The position numbers and the translations under genes were made by a program. A stretch of DNA of 63,958 nucleotides, the filler included, from Octopus bimaculoides (Eukaryota), in the NCBI RefSeq assembly GCF_001194135.2. It is 6 parts of 6 records of this genome, joined end to end, with 100 filler letters (N's around TTAATTAATTAA, not from the genome) between each part and the next. Parts side by side here need not be neighbours in the genome. Positions count along the whole stretch, not along the records: positions 24,730 to 52,893 come from NC_069005.1; 5 more parts are not named here. One strand, 5' to 3'. Shown here one piece after another: positions 27,884-41,431 of this stretch (positions are counted from its first letter, which is position 1; every line of letters begins with the position of its first letter). The notes under the pieces are model-generated. The model saw only the letters and a program-made list of their open reading frames with translations, did no database searches and had not been told where the DNA came from.

Positions 27884-30290
27884 ACACTCTACATGATAAC
27901 TGAACCCTGCTAGAAATTGCAGCAACCATTTCCCCGAAACCACCCTCTGCTCCCTTAGAAAAGGATCTGTATTTAATTTCAATTCTCAAGTCATTACATT
28001 CTTAAAGAGACTAAAACTGGCTGGTCGTGGTTGGAATGTCTTTGACACTACGTCTGCTCTATCAGTGCCAATTTGGTATCCAACATATAAAAGAAGATTG
28101 AAACGAAGGCTTGAACAATTCCTCGTTATGTTATTAAAGTTTTATCTATCAATAAAAATCTTTTGATTCTGATTGATAATTGCCAAACTGTTGAAATGGA
28201 AGCGTCGCTTAGTTAGCTACAACAAAGCATTATTCCAATTCTCCGTGTGACAATAAATTTACCGCAAGCAGTGCAACGTATCAAAATGTCCAATTTATCA
28301 AACTTTACCGAATTTCTTTACCTTAGTTCAATCAAGGTCGCTATTTTTATCGTGCCAAATATTTTAATGAGCATTAAATCTGATGTTATGTATGATATTC
28401 TTCACAATAGTTTGACGCCATTTGAAATTTAGCATTCTTCAAGCTGGAAATTCTTTGAGAATCATGAGCTATCTAAGAAATTATTCATCATTCATACCTA
28501 TTCCAGCTGCCATTTTTGTTATCGCTATTTTTTTTTATTTTTGGTGTGCACTGGAACCTGCATTAACAGAAATTTGAACAGTTTATTTGTCTGTGACTGC
28601 ATTGATGCTCCTTCATTCTTTGTTTATTCATAGATCAGCTTTAACTAAGCAGAAATTTAGTCTAGAATATTCCAACTATGATTATCTTGTTATATTTCCA
28701 GACATCCAGACATCCTATTTTGTCCAATATACCCCCACCCTTTTTTTAAAAGGCAGCTGTCATTGTAATTTGAACAAAATTTGGCTTTCCTTTCAAGCAG
28801 ATTGGTTTCAAATTTTGCACAAGGCCAGCAATTTCAAGAAGGGGGTAAGTCAGTTAGATCGACCCCTGTGTTCAGCTGGACCTTATTTTGTCAACATTGA
28901 ACGGATGAAAGACAAAGTTGACCTAAGCACAATTTGAACTCATTACCCAGGGACAGACTAACTGCTGCGAAGCATTTTGGCCGAGGTGCTAGTGATTCTG
29001 TCAGCTCACTGCTTTAGTTTCCTTTCTAGAAGATTGATTAATCATATAGAGACCCCGCTTCTTTATGAGGTTGTTTTTGCTGTTTAGCAGCAGTGGTTCA
29101 ATAGGAACAAAATCAAAGTTGGTTACAGCTGCAGAAGAATAGCCAACCACATCAAAAAAAAAAGAAAGAAGAAAAAAAGAGAGTGAGAAGCAAAGATACA
29201 CCAGCTGTCCAATCTGGTGTCACAAAAGTAGACTCCTGTAATTCAAAGCTAGATGCATCTGTAACAGCTCACACTTACATTTCATTGTTCAGCAAAAGAA
29301 ATGCTGCGATGTCACATTGCAGGCACCAAAATAAATCCATCTTTGAAACTGTACTGAACTGAAAACAGTAAATATATGATGATACAACAGCAGTGAAAAT
29401 AAAAAGTGGAGGCACAAACAGCACAAATGCTAAAGCAGCAATAAAACAGAATACCAACAAACTAACCTTTATGTCTATACACAGGTGCTGGCAGTTAGAT
29501 TTGTATAGGAACATCAGTTGTAGACAGCTCACATATGGGGCACATTCAGTGGTTTGTGTTGAAAGCTATGTTGAATCTCACCAAGTGTGCTTTTACTAGG
29601 TTACTTATGGTTAGTTTAAGAAATTAGTGGTTAGTTTAATGCTATTATTAGGGGTTAATTCAAGCATGTTTGTAAAAACATGTTTTGACAGGTTGGATTT
29701 GTATATGAGCTCAGGCAAAATATAATAGTTTATTTTAAAGGGTTGCCTCTGAGCAAATCTTCAACTAAGGGACAGATTTGTTTGTTTTTTAAGTACAGGT
29801 TTTGTAGATAAAAATATGTTTACATACATACCCTAACCCTAACCCTAACAGTAGAGGCGCAATGGCCCAGTGGTTAGGGCAGTGGACTCGAGGTCATAGG
29901 ATTGCGGTTTTGATTCCCAGACCAGGCGTTGTGAGTGTTTATTGAGCGCAAACACCTAAAGCTCCACGAGGCTCCTGACATGTGGTACACCGTGCACCTG
30001 TTCAGACATTGTTGATTTGGTGGAAAGAATGAGCTAATGTGTGGTATGAACATTTGATATTCATAAACAAATCATTTGTGCCGGTCGTTTGGCAAAAGCT
30101 GAACACTCATGCATCTGTCATTGTCATCACTGACATGTGTGTGTGTGCTGAGACACCAGATGTGTTAAAAGATACTGTCTGGCATGCTCTCATCACATGA
30201 AACTATTAGTAGCACATTAAAACATATTGTGTTTGTTAAATTATATTTATCTCTCAGCAGATGTACACTTTTTATTGATCTTACCATCAC

Positions 30291-30331
<41 letters not shown>

Positions 30332-31005
30332 GTATGTATACATTGTATGTACACACATACACACACACACACACACACATACTCTAATCTGAAATGAAAA
30401 ATAATAATACATTAATAAGTCTGAAGCACTAGTTTATGTTTGCGATGATTAGATGATAAAATGAGAGATGCTTATTTAGATTTGAGGGCTTTGTGTACGA
30501 ATGTGTATGTACTTATACATATGTGAGTGTGTGCATCTGTATGCACATCTATTATGTATATGTGTGCATGTATGTGCGTGTGTATTTATACATAATTTAA
30601 TAACAATTTGATTTGGGCTCCTTGCAACTTAAAGTTTCATGGGCTTGTAAAATGAACCCCAGCTCATCAAACTTAAAAGCCAGGTTCACTTTATGAACCC
30701 ACAAATTATTAAGTTGCATCTTAAATGATATATATGTGACATCTATGACATATATTGAGTGCCACTTTCTCTCTTTGGCCCATCTCCTCATAAACATACG
30801 TTCATACATACATATATTTATATAAAGAATGAAGGGCCACAGGGTTGATTCAATTCTGAGATCATCTATGTGTGTGTGTGTGTGTAAATATACATATATA
30901 CATATATATATATGTATATATATAAAACTATGCAAATGTTTATACCTATTTATATGAGCTTGTAAATGTGTAGATGTACATATGTATGTATATATATATA
31001 ATAGC

Positions 31006-31048
<43 letters not shown>

Positions 31049-32860
31049 GAGCGTAGAGTGGTTTTATATGATTGCTCAAGAATACAGAGATATAAAACAA
31101 TTAGTGTTGTATACTCACGAGTGACTATATGCATAAATTCACATACATTCCCTCACACACACACACGTATATGTATATACACACACACACACGTATATGT
31201 ATACACACACACACACATATTTATACACACATGCATATTCACATATATACATATGACATACACATATATATACACACATGCACACACATATACACATGCA
31301 TATTCACATATATATGCATGACACATATACACACACACACATATGTATATATATGTTCATCTTTGAAAAGCTGGTTGGTTGTGAAGTGGAAGCCACTTTA
31401 ATTTTCGTTTGAAAAGCCACGTACTGATGGAATACATATGACCATTTGTAAAGAATCATTTTAATTTAATGTAATATAGAATATGCACACAAGCACACAC
31501 ACATGCACACACACATACACACATGTGCAAACAAAGACACACACACACACACACACACACAGACATAGAGTCAGAAACTCAGGCACACACACACACACAC
31601 ACATGCAACATGTGTACATACACTTATAGATTATTATCTCTTTATGCAGCGAACGTTTCACTTTGGCAAATAAAAATCCATAAGAACAAAAGACAGAGAA
31701 TAAAACCAGAGGAACCATTACAATAGGCAGAGATTTAGCCTTGGAATATGTTTCCTTTTATTTTGCTCTGACATATCGCTGTTCTTTGAAGTGTTTGCTT
31801 CCACATTTGGCACCGCCGTCACCACCACTGCCGCCACCACCGCTGCTACCATTCCATACCTTTCTGCTGCCGTCGCCGTCAACGCCACATGCTGTTTGTT
31901 TTGTTTTCTGTTTGTTTTCACAGTCGCAATAATTCTTGACATTGGTTTGCATTTGGTAACCACACTACGTTTGGCGCTGAGAGGAGAAAAACATCGACGG
32001 AACTGTTGGTTTATTCCTGCTCTTGGTTTGCTGCTACTGGTACTACTGCCACTGCTACTAATCCACTGATGCTAATAGTATGCTTGGTGGTGGTACTAGT
32101 ACTGTTGTTGTTGTTGTTGGTGCTGGTGTTGCTGGTGGTCGCACTGCTGCTGATAGTGCCGTTGCTACTGGTACTAATGCTGTTTGTACTACTGCCTCTG
32201 GTGCTGCGACTGTTGGTACTGCAGCCACTGGTACTGCTGTGAACTGATCTAGGTGTATCCACACCATTTGTTTACAAGAAATTTTCTCTGTGACAAACAC
32301 AATGAATGGCTTGTTCCCCAGTTCAAACGTGCCTCAAGCATATTTGGGCTGGTAATAGCATTGCATAAAAAAGATAGACTGTTGGGCTGGATCTGACCAG
32401 TTTAAACATAAAACAGGTGGGGTATCTAGGCCTGGATAAGGCCATTTAAATGCAAAAAAGGTAAAGTAACAATGATGATAATAGCGACGAGGATGACAAT
32501 AATGGTGACAATTGTAGTATAGTGATCTTGTTTAAAAAAAAAAACGAAAACCCAAACTGAAAACATGGTTTCATGGGGAGTGGTTGTGTGGTAAGTAGCT
32601 TGCTTATCAACCACATGGTTCCAGGTTCAGTCCCACTGTGTGGCACCTTGGGCAAGTGTCTTCTACTATAGCCTCGGGCCGACCAGAGCCTTGTGAGTGG
32701 ATTTGGTAGACGGAAACTGAAAGAAGCCCGACTTATATATGTATATATATATATAATAATATTAGGGACAAAATCCAAAATTACAGGTAAAAACTCAATT
32801 AAAATCAATTTATAAAAAATTAAAATTAAATTGAGCTTTATAGATAAAATATATATAAAA

Positions 32861-33116
32861 TATATAGTTTTAGGGAAAATAACCAAGTTTCAAGAACCTA
32901 TCGATGAAAAGTCACTATCACATAATGAAAAATTAACAATTAAAAGCACAATAAATGAGTATAATATAACATAAAGTAAATATCATAAGATAAAGATAAT
33001 AATTTATTATTATAAAGATAATTTATTGTGCTTTTAATTGTTAATTTTTCTATATGTGATAGTGGATTTTCATCGATGAGTTCTTGAAACTTGGTTATTT
33101 TCCCTAAAACTATATA
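32861..33116. repeat. Fold-back inverted repeat: 95-bp arms (32861-32955 and 33022-33116) with a 66-nt AT-rich loop
   Basis: Arms are reverse complements apart from three 2-nt mismatches. The ORF track shows MVIFPKTIY on both strands. Confidence 0.9.
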
Positions 33117-33119
33117 TAG

Positions 33120-33197
<78 letters not shown>

Positions 33198-33849
33198 TTG
33201 TGTGTCTGTGTTTGTCCCCCCCCAACATAGCTTGACAACCGATGGTGGTATGTTTACGTCCCCCGTAACTTAGCAGGTCGGCACAAGAGACTGATAGAAT
33301 ATGTACTAGGCTTACAAAGAATAAGTCCTGGGGTCGATTTGCTTGACTAAAGGCGGTGCTCCAGCATGGTCACAGTCAAATGACTGAAACAAGTAAAAGA
33401 GTACTCCTTAACTAAATCCTAAACAAGATAAACAATGCAAATAACTACATTTCGGTTTTGCATTTCATATCAGGTATATACACCTGCCCTGTATTTTCAC
33501 ACACCTTTTGCAAGTGTAGTGTAAATTTCAGAATATTCAAGGAATTTAGCATGTGACGGCTGGTGCTGTGCTTTTCATTCAGGCACTTCTATATTGTGAA
33601 AAATATCATTGTTTCGACGTAAGAAAGCGTCGTATGTGTCCAGTGTCAATTATTATGTTATTGTGACAGATCTGCTGTCCGTTTGTTCTCATGATAAGTG
33701 TTCGAGTTGTTTGCTCAATGCATTTCTAATTATCCATTAATTTTATTAGAGTGTTAAGAGCATAAGAGGTTGAGTATAGCTATTCCATACGTGCTAAATG
33801 CAATTACACATGCACATACATATATATATCATCATCATCATCATCATCA

Positions 33850-34000
33850 TCGTTTAACGTCCGCTTTCCATGCTAGCATGGGTTGGACGATTTGACTGAG
33901 GACTGGTGAAACCGGATGGCAACACCAGGCTCCAGTCTAATTTGGCAGAGTTTCTACAGCTGGATGCCCTTCCTAACGCCAACCACTCAGAGAGTGTAGT
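33850..34000 (-). mobile_element. Dispersed retroposon 3' tail ending in (GAT)n. Related pieces near 18478-18600, 26300-26400, 41700-41930, 44690-44725, 45080-45230
   Basis: Shared CATCATCGTTTAACGTCC...CATGCTAGCATGGGTTGGACG and GGATGCCCTTCCTAACRCCAACC motifs. Confidence 0.6.
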
Positions 34001-34031
<31 letters not shown>

Positions 34032-34062
34032 TCATACATACATTAACACAATATATATATAC

Positions 34063-34106
<44 letters not shown>

Positions 34107-34437
34107 TTGTATGTTTATATTTATGTAAATATTAACATATATATATGTATGTGTATATATATATAAACATTGAGACATTGAGATATTTATCAAAATATTT
34201 ATCTACCTGTCTATATGTGTATATATGTGCATGTAATTCTCTCTCTCTATATATATTTATAGATTTATATTTATATACATACATATAGATAATTTGGTGT
34301 TTGTGTATATATAAATATTGAGATATTGAGATATTTGTGTAATAATTTATCTATCTATCTATCTATATTTGTGTGTGTTCATGTGTGCCTATATATATAT
34401 ATTTGTACATTCATATTATGTACATACATACATACAC

Positions 34438-34492
<55 letters not shown>

Positions 34493-34841
34493 TGTATGTG
34501 TATATATCAATTTTGAGATATTGAAATACGTGTTTAATAATAATTTATCTTTCTATATGTATGTGTGCATGCATGTGTGTATGTGACCTGAATAATAATA
34601 ATAATAAAAATAATAATAACAACAACATCGAAAAATACCTTAGAAATGAGAACCCAGGTTCACCTCTGCCACTATCTGGCATATACAGGTGCTTACACTT
34701 ATCAAGTGTTCCCTCTAAACTTACAGTACCTACGTATGTCTATATGTAGGTATGCATGTGTGCACATGCACATGCATGTGTGTGTGTGTGTGTGTTTACG
34801 TATGCATGTATGTATATATATAGATATGTATGTGTAGTCAT

Positions 34842-34885
34842 ACATCTGATGATGGCTTGGCTGGCTGACACTTCGAAGTCACTGT
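34842..34885 (+). ncRNA. Degenerate hammerhead-like motif
   Basis: ACAT CTGATGA TGGC TTGGCTG GCT GACA CTTCGAAG TC ACTGT. CUGAUGA is intact, the perfect palindrome ACTTCGAAGT precedes the GUC, but GAAA reads GACA and stem I needs a bulge. Confidence 0.4.
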
Positions 34886-35009
34886 CAACAACATTCTTGT
34901 ATAAGAAAAGTATACTCTACAGAATTTTATACTCTACAAAAGTACAGAGTTACCCATCAGATTAATGTAAAATTGTTTTTATTATAACTGAACATAAAAA
35001 CAAACATTA

Positions 35010-35052
<43 letters not shown>

Positions 35053-35457
35053 NNNNNNNNNNNNNNNNNNNNNNNNNNNNNNNNNNNNNNNNNNNNNNNN
35101 NNNNNNNNNNNNNNNNNNNNNNNNNNNNNNNNNNNNNNNNNNNNNNNNNNNNNNNNNNNNNNNNNNNNNNNNNNNNNNNNNNNNNNNNNNNNNNNNNNNN
35201 NNNNNNNNNNNNNNNNNNNNNNNNNNNNNNNNNNNNNNNNNNNNNNNNNNNNNNNNNNNNNNNNNNNNNNNNNNNNNNNNNNNNNNNNNNNNNNNNNNNN
35301 NNNNNNNNNNNNNNNNNNNNNNNNNNNNNNNNNNNNNNNNNNNNNNNNNNNNNNNNNNNNNNNNNNNNNNNNNNNNNNNNNNNNNNNNNNNNNNNNNNNN
35401 NTATATATATATATATATATATGCGCGTGTGTTTGTACATATATGTGTATATATATA

Positions 35458-35508
<51 letters not shown>

Positions 35509-35528
35509 GTATATGTGTATATATGTAT

Positions 35529-35810
35529 GAAGGCGCATGGCTCAGTGGTTAGGGTGTTGCACTCATGATTACGAGATCATGGGTTCGATTCCCAGACTGG
35601 GTGCTGCATTGTCTTCTTAAGCAAAGCACTTCATTTCATATTGCTCTGTGGTCACTTCAGCATCTGACAATGTGGCACCCAGTTGCACCTGTACAGGTAA
35701 TGTCGGTTTGACGGAGGGAGTGAGCTTACATCTACACAAACATTTGATCACTATAAACAAATCATATGTGTGGTTGTTCGGTAAGAAATTGTCAAAGCCC
35801 TCATATGTCG
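35529..35810 (+). mobile_element. SINE family C (AGGCGCATGGCTCAGTGGTTAG head). Related copies at about 41151-41300(+), 29853-30110(+), 20105-20223(-), 13653-13803(-)
   Basis: Clear A-box TGGCTCAGTGG and B-box GGTTCGATTCCC, followed by TGTSTTCTTRAGCAA..CACT. Confidence 0.7.
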
Positions 35811-36417
35811 CCTAATGACAGGAGAGTCCATCATATATCATCATCTTCCTGTACAAGTTCCACCACTTTGAATGAATGTGCATCCAACCCATGCCAGCAT
35901 GGAGAGCAGCCATTAAACAATGGGGATGATGATGATGAAATATATATATAAGTTCAAAAAAGAACAATTCAAACTTTTTGAGAGGTCCCAAAAAGAAACG
36001 CGCGTATGTAATGAATCCAAATTTGTATTAAATCTAATTTTGATGCAACATCTTTTTCTCCTCCATTTTTATATAACTGTTTATGGTATATTTATGCCTA
36101 TAATGATATTTTTCAACTATATATCACCAGCATTCTCTCACACACACGCACCTTCTCATCTTGGGTTCACCACTTCTTTGTTATCTCTCTTTTTTCTTAG
36201 TTCTCCCGTGTAATCCTTCTGTCTGGCATTCACCATGATAGATCGCTGACCACTACATTTATATGTTTTTTCTCTCCTTGTTTCTTTCTGTGTTCCTTTC
36301 AGTTGAAGAGCATAGGCTCAAAACGTTAAAACTTTCTCCATTCCTAAGTGTTATATTAATACATCCATTTGTTGTTTATACCACCTATCTTCGTCTGTTG
36401 ATTTTTTTGAAAATTCT

Positions 36418-36470
<53 letters not shown>

Positions 36471-37493
36471 GTATGTATGTATGTATCCACACTCAAAGGC
36501 AATTTTTCAGTTTCCATCTACCTAATCTACTCACAAGGCTTTTGTTTGTCCTGGAGCTCTACTAGATGACTCTTATCCAAGGTGCCACACAGTAGGATTG
36601 AACTCCCAACCATGTAGTCATGAACTGGGCTTGATAAGCACTGATACAATAAGTACTAGACTTCATAAAACAAGTACTCGGCTGAAATTTGTTCAACTAA
36701 ACTCCTTCGAAGCAGTACCCCCAGCATGGCCCCAGTCCAGAGACTGAAACAAGTAGTAAGTCCAAAGATAAATAAATCCATCACCATGGATGTGTATTCT
36801 TTTCATGGACCCCAAAAGGATAAAAAATAAATAAATTTGACCTCGGCACGATTTGAAACCACAGTGCAGTGATTTAGATCAAACAAACACCAAAAGACAT
36901 TCCAGCCATCGTTAATTACTCTGCTGATTTGTCATTTTAATTTAATACCTGATTATAAATTAATACTTGGATTATTTCACCTTAATTGTGGTAAAGACAT
37001 TTGTAATTATTAAAATTTCCTCTGTTCTTTCTTTTGTAGGTGAGTGTGTTTGGTTTATATTGAAAATAACTGGCAATCAGAATCGGTCAGTACAGTGAGT
37101 CATTTTATATTTCATTTGCTTTCGGAATCCTCTTTCTGTTTATAGTCATTGCCATTTCTTCATCACTGCTACCATTAGCCAGGATGCTTTTCTCATTACA
37201 ATTCCATTAATCAACTTTTAATTAACAACCTATCTTATCATTACCATCAATGTTTTTCTCGTCCGCTTTGGATGAAAGTTCTTAAATGCTCTTCCTGTTG
37301 CCCACCCTCACCTTTTTCCAAGCTAATATAAAAGAATATTCGGCTATCCTTCCATATAATGTGAAATGCCAAGCGAAAAGCACATGGGCTTTGCTTGCAT
37401 CTAATCGGCCTTCGGCAGCCTTTTCTGTGAAATTGCTTGCCTGATTGGCATTATCACTGACTCAAGCTGTTCTGAGAGAGGGATGGGAAAGCA

Positions 37494-37529
<36 letters not shown>

Positions 37530-38391
37530 NNNNNNNNNNNNNNNNNNNNNNNNNNNNNNNNNNNNNNNNNNNNNNNNNNNNNNNNNNNNNNNNNNNNNNN
37601 NNNNNNNNNNNNNNNNNNNNNNNNNNNNNNNNNNNNNNNNNNNNNNNNNNNNNNNNNNNNNNNNNNNNNNNNNNNNNNNNNNNNNNNNNNNNNNNNNNNN
37701 NNNNNNNNNNNNNNNNNNNNNNNNNNNNNNNNNNNNNNNNNNNNNNNNNNNNNNNNNNNNNNNNNNNNNNNNNNNNNNNNNNNNNNNNNNNNNNNNNNNN
37801 NNNNNNNNNNNNNNNNNNNNNNNNNNNNNNNNNNNNNNNNNNNNNNNNNNNNNNNNNNNNNNNNNNNNNNNNNNNNCTCTCTCTTGCTCTCTCTCTCTCT
37901 TGCTCTCTCTTGCTCTCTCTCTCTCTTGCTCTCTCTTTCTCTCTCTCGCTCTCTCTCTCTCTCTCTCCCTCTCTCACTCTCTCTCTCTCTATGTGATGTC
38001 CTTTTGTTCTTTCAACTTGTTAAAAATATATTCTGCATTTATGAAACTTTCTCTCTCTCTCTCCATCCGACCATCGCTTTCTTTCTTTCTTTCTTTGTCC
38101 AACGGTCAGTTAACAGTCAGTGGTGCTTTCCCATCCCTCTCTCAGAACAGCTTAAGTCAGGGGTGATGGATTTTTGTTGCGACAGGTTCTCTGTAGCCAG
38201 ACTCCTTTCCTGCCACCAAGCATGGCAATATTTCCTCCCATAGTCAGATACGTTTCTCATGGAAAACTGGAAATATGTAGCAACTCGTATGACGGTGCTC
38301 TCATGTGCAACTATAATATCAATGGCAGACAAGGGTGCACACAAAGACATATTTATAAATAAAGAATATAAGAACTCAATCTCATGCATAC

Positions 38392-38441
<50 letters not shown>

Positions 38442-38614
38442 TACCTCACAAGGCTTTAGCTGACTCAGGGTTGCAGTAAATAATAGTCCCCAAGTGGGAC
38501 CGAAATCTAGACCACTTGGTTCAGAGGCAAGCTTTTCAACCATACAGTCATGCCCCTGCTATACATATGTGTGTGCATTGCATGTGTGTGTCTGTGTGTA
38601 AACGATGTATCCCC

Positions 38615-38645
<31 letters not shown>

Positions 38646-38684
38646 AGTATATATAGATATGTATATATATATAAGTATATATAG

Positions 38685-38758
<74 letters not shown>

Positions 38759-38836
38759 NNNNNNNNNNNNNNNNNNNNNNNNNNNNNNNNNNNNNNNNNN
38801 NNNNNNNNNNNNNNNNNNNNNNNNNNNNNNNNNNNN

Positions 38837-38898
<62 letters not shown>

Positions 38899-39036
38899 GT
38901 GTGTGTGTATCTATCTACCTATTTATCTATCTCTTTATCTCTATCCATTTATCTATCTACATATATATATATATCTATATATATATATATATATACGTAC
39001 ACATATATATATATATTTATATGTATATACATACAC

Positions 39037-39068
<32 letters not shown>

Positions 39069-39726
39069 GCATACACACATACATATATTCATATATATAT
39101 ATACATACACACACTTATATAATACCTATATTGATATATTTTATATACACCAACCCGTAAACAGTAAACAAACCAACAACAAGCAACAAACAAACAAACA
39201 AAATATAACCATAACAAAAAAGCGAAATCACAGAAACGCAAAGAAATACAAAAAAAAAAAAAAGGAAGAGAACATACACACAGCAAAAATATACGAATAT
39301 AAAAAAAAACAACAACAAACAAATAAGAAATACAAAGCAAAAAAATAAAAAAGAACGGAAAGAAATAAAATAAAAAAAAATGCTGAGATGTTGATCTGAG
39401 ATTTCTAGAGAATAAGAAAATAGCATCTGCTCGACCTAACGGACTGATGCAATCATTTCTGCGGTAATACTAGTTGTCTTGGCAACGGAAATATCCTTTT
39501 GTCGTGATTGATAATTATATATTAGAAGTTATCTCTGCCAACAGAAGCAATATTTGTGGGGGTTAAAACGGTGAAGAAACAAAAAAACAAAAAAAAAAAA
39601 TAACAAAGAAAAAAGACAAAAAAACAGTGTAGGAAAGGAAAAGAAGAAAGGGGTAAAGGAAAAAGGAGAGGAAAGAGAAGAAGAGGAAGAGAAGAGAGGA
39701 GGAAATAATAAATAAATAAATATATA

Positions 39727-39797
<71 letters not shown>

Positions 39798-39876
39798 GTG
39801 GATAAATATATAGATAAATAAATAAAGGCTAATTTGAAAAGATTGGTTTATTACATTTATGATATATACATACATA

Positions 39877-39911
<35 letters not shown>

Positions 39912-40039
39912 CATGTATGTATTTATATGTATGTATGGTTGTATTTATGTGTATGTATGCATATGTATGTGTATTTATATATTTATATGCATGTATATAT
40001 AAATACATTTATATATATGTATATATCTATCTCTCTCTC

Positions 40040-40083
<44 letters not shown>

Positions 40084-40223
40084 CACAATATGCACATGTA
40101 TTTACATGTATGCACATATATAATTTCTTATGAACACATGTATGCATATATATATATATATGTAAAAAGGAAAGTAAAAATAGTCAAAAGTAAGAGGGAG
40201 TATGTATATATGCATGTCTTTCT

Positions 40224-40254
<31 letters not shown>

Positions 40255-40264
40255 NNNNNNNNNN

Positions 40265-40304
<40 letters not shown>

Positions 40305-40306
<2 letters not shown>

Positions 40307-40500
40307 TTATGGATGTTGTATTCCTAGCAAGGCAACTGCAGGAGAAATACTTGACTAAGAGTGAGCTACCATTCACGATATTTCATGAACTTGAAGAAGG
40401 CCTTTAACAAGCTGCCGATGATTTAGTTCTCTTTGCAGAATTTACAGAGAGGAAACTGCAGGTATGGAAGCTAACCCTAGATTCAAGTGGCCTGGCGATG
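40305..40500 (+). mobile_element. RTE-group reverse transcriptase fragments
   Basis: MDVVFLARQLQEKYLTK...FTIFHELEEGL followed by ADDLVLFAE. Confidence 0.65.
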
Positions 40501-41431
40501 ACTTTAGAACAGGCTAAGCTTTAGCATGTAGAAAAAAAATATATGACCCCCACTTTTGTGAAAGAAATGGCTTTGCTTGATGTGCAGAAAAGGTGTGGGT
40601 ATAATCTCCATACACTCTGTCCAATGTAAACTTAGGACACACCAGGAATGTAATGGAACCACAGATGCACTAACACAAAAGGAAGGCTTTGTTTGTGAGA
40701 GATATCCTGGAGAAATATTTACTGTCACTATTACAATGTCTTCTACATATATTTCTTGTTCTATTGAATATATGCTTAGACGAAACCTTTCATACAAACC
40801 ACAGAACCTGAACTGTCTGTGACCTGAAACACCATATAGTTTAAACCCCGTGCCCTTGCATTTATATACTCTTATCGCCAACCGGTTTCAACTCTCCAGG
40901 CTTCAATCTCTTCTAAATTCACCCTGAAAAGTGGTGTCTCTCTTCACATAGACTCCTCTCTTCCTTCTGCATCTGTTAACTGAATATCATAAATAATGAC
41001 TTACAGCTATTCTGTATCACAGCCTTTTTCTTTGATTCTCTCAAACACATCTGTATGCTCTGGCCTCTAGCTCTCCCCTAAGTTCATAAAACACCAGAAT
41101 CTCTTCAACTATATCTCCTCCTGCATTGCAGATATGCATCTTATGTGGAGATGCATGGCTTAGTGGTTAGGGTTGTTGGCCTCATGATCATAAGATTGTG
41201 GTTTCAATTCCTGGTCCAGGCGATCGATGCATTGTGTTCTTGAGCAAAACACTCCGTTTCACATTGCTTCAGGTCACTCACCTGGCAAAAACGAGTATTT
41301 CTGCAATGGACAGGTGTTTCCTCCAGGGATGGGGTGCGGTGGAGTAGGAGAATATATATGCCAGAGAAACATCCTCCAATGTGTCCCCTCTCCAAAAAAA
41401 AAACAAAAAAACGCGGGCAAACCTTTGTGTT

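Noticed and set aside
29853-41230. tRNA genes at the SINE heads (29853, 35529, 41151)
   Set aside because: A and B boxes are present, but there is no complete cloverleaf and each continues into a SINE body.
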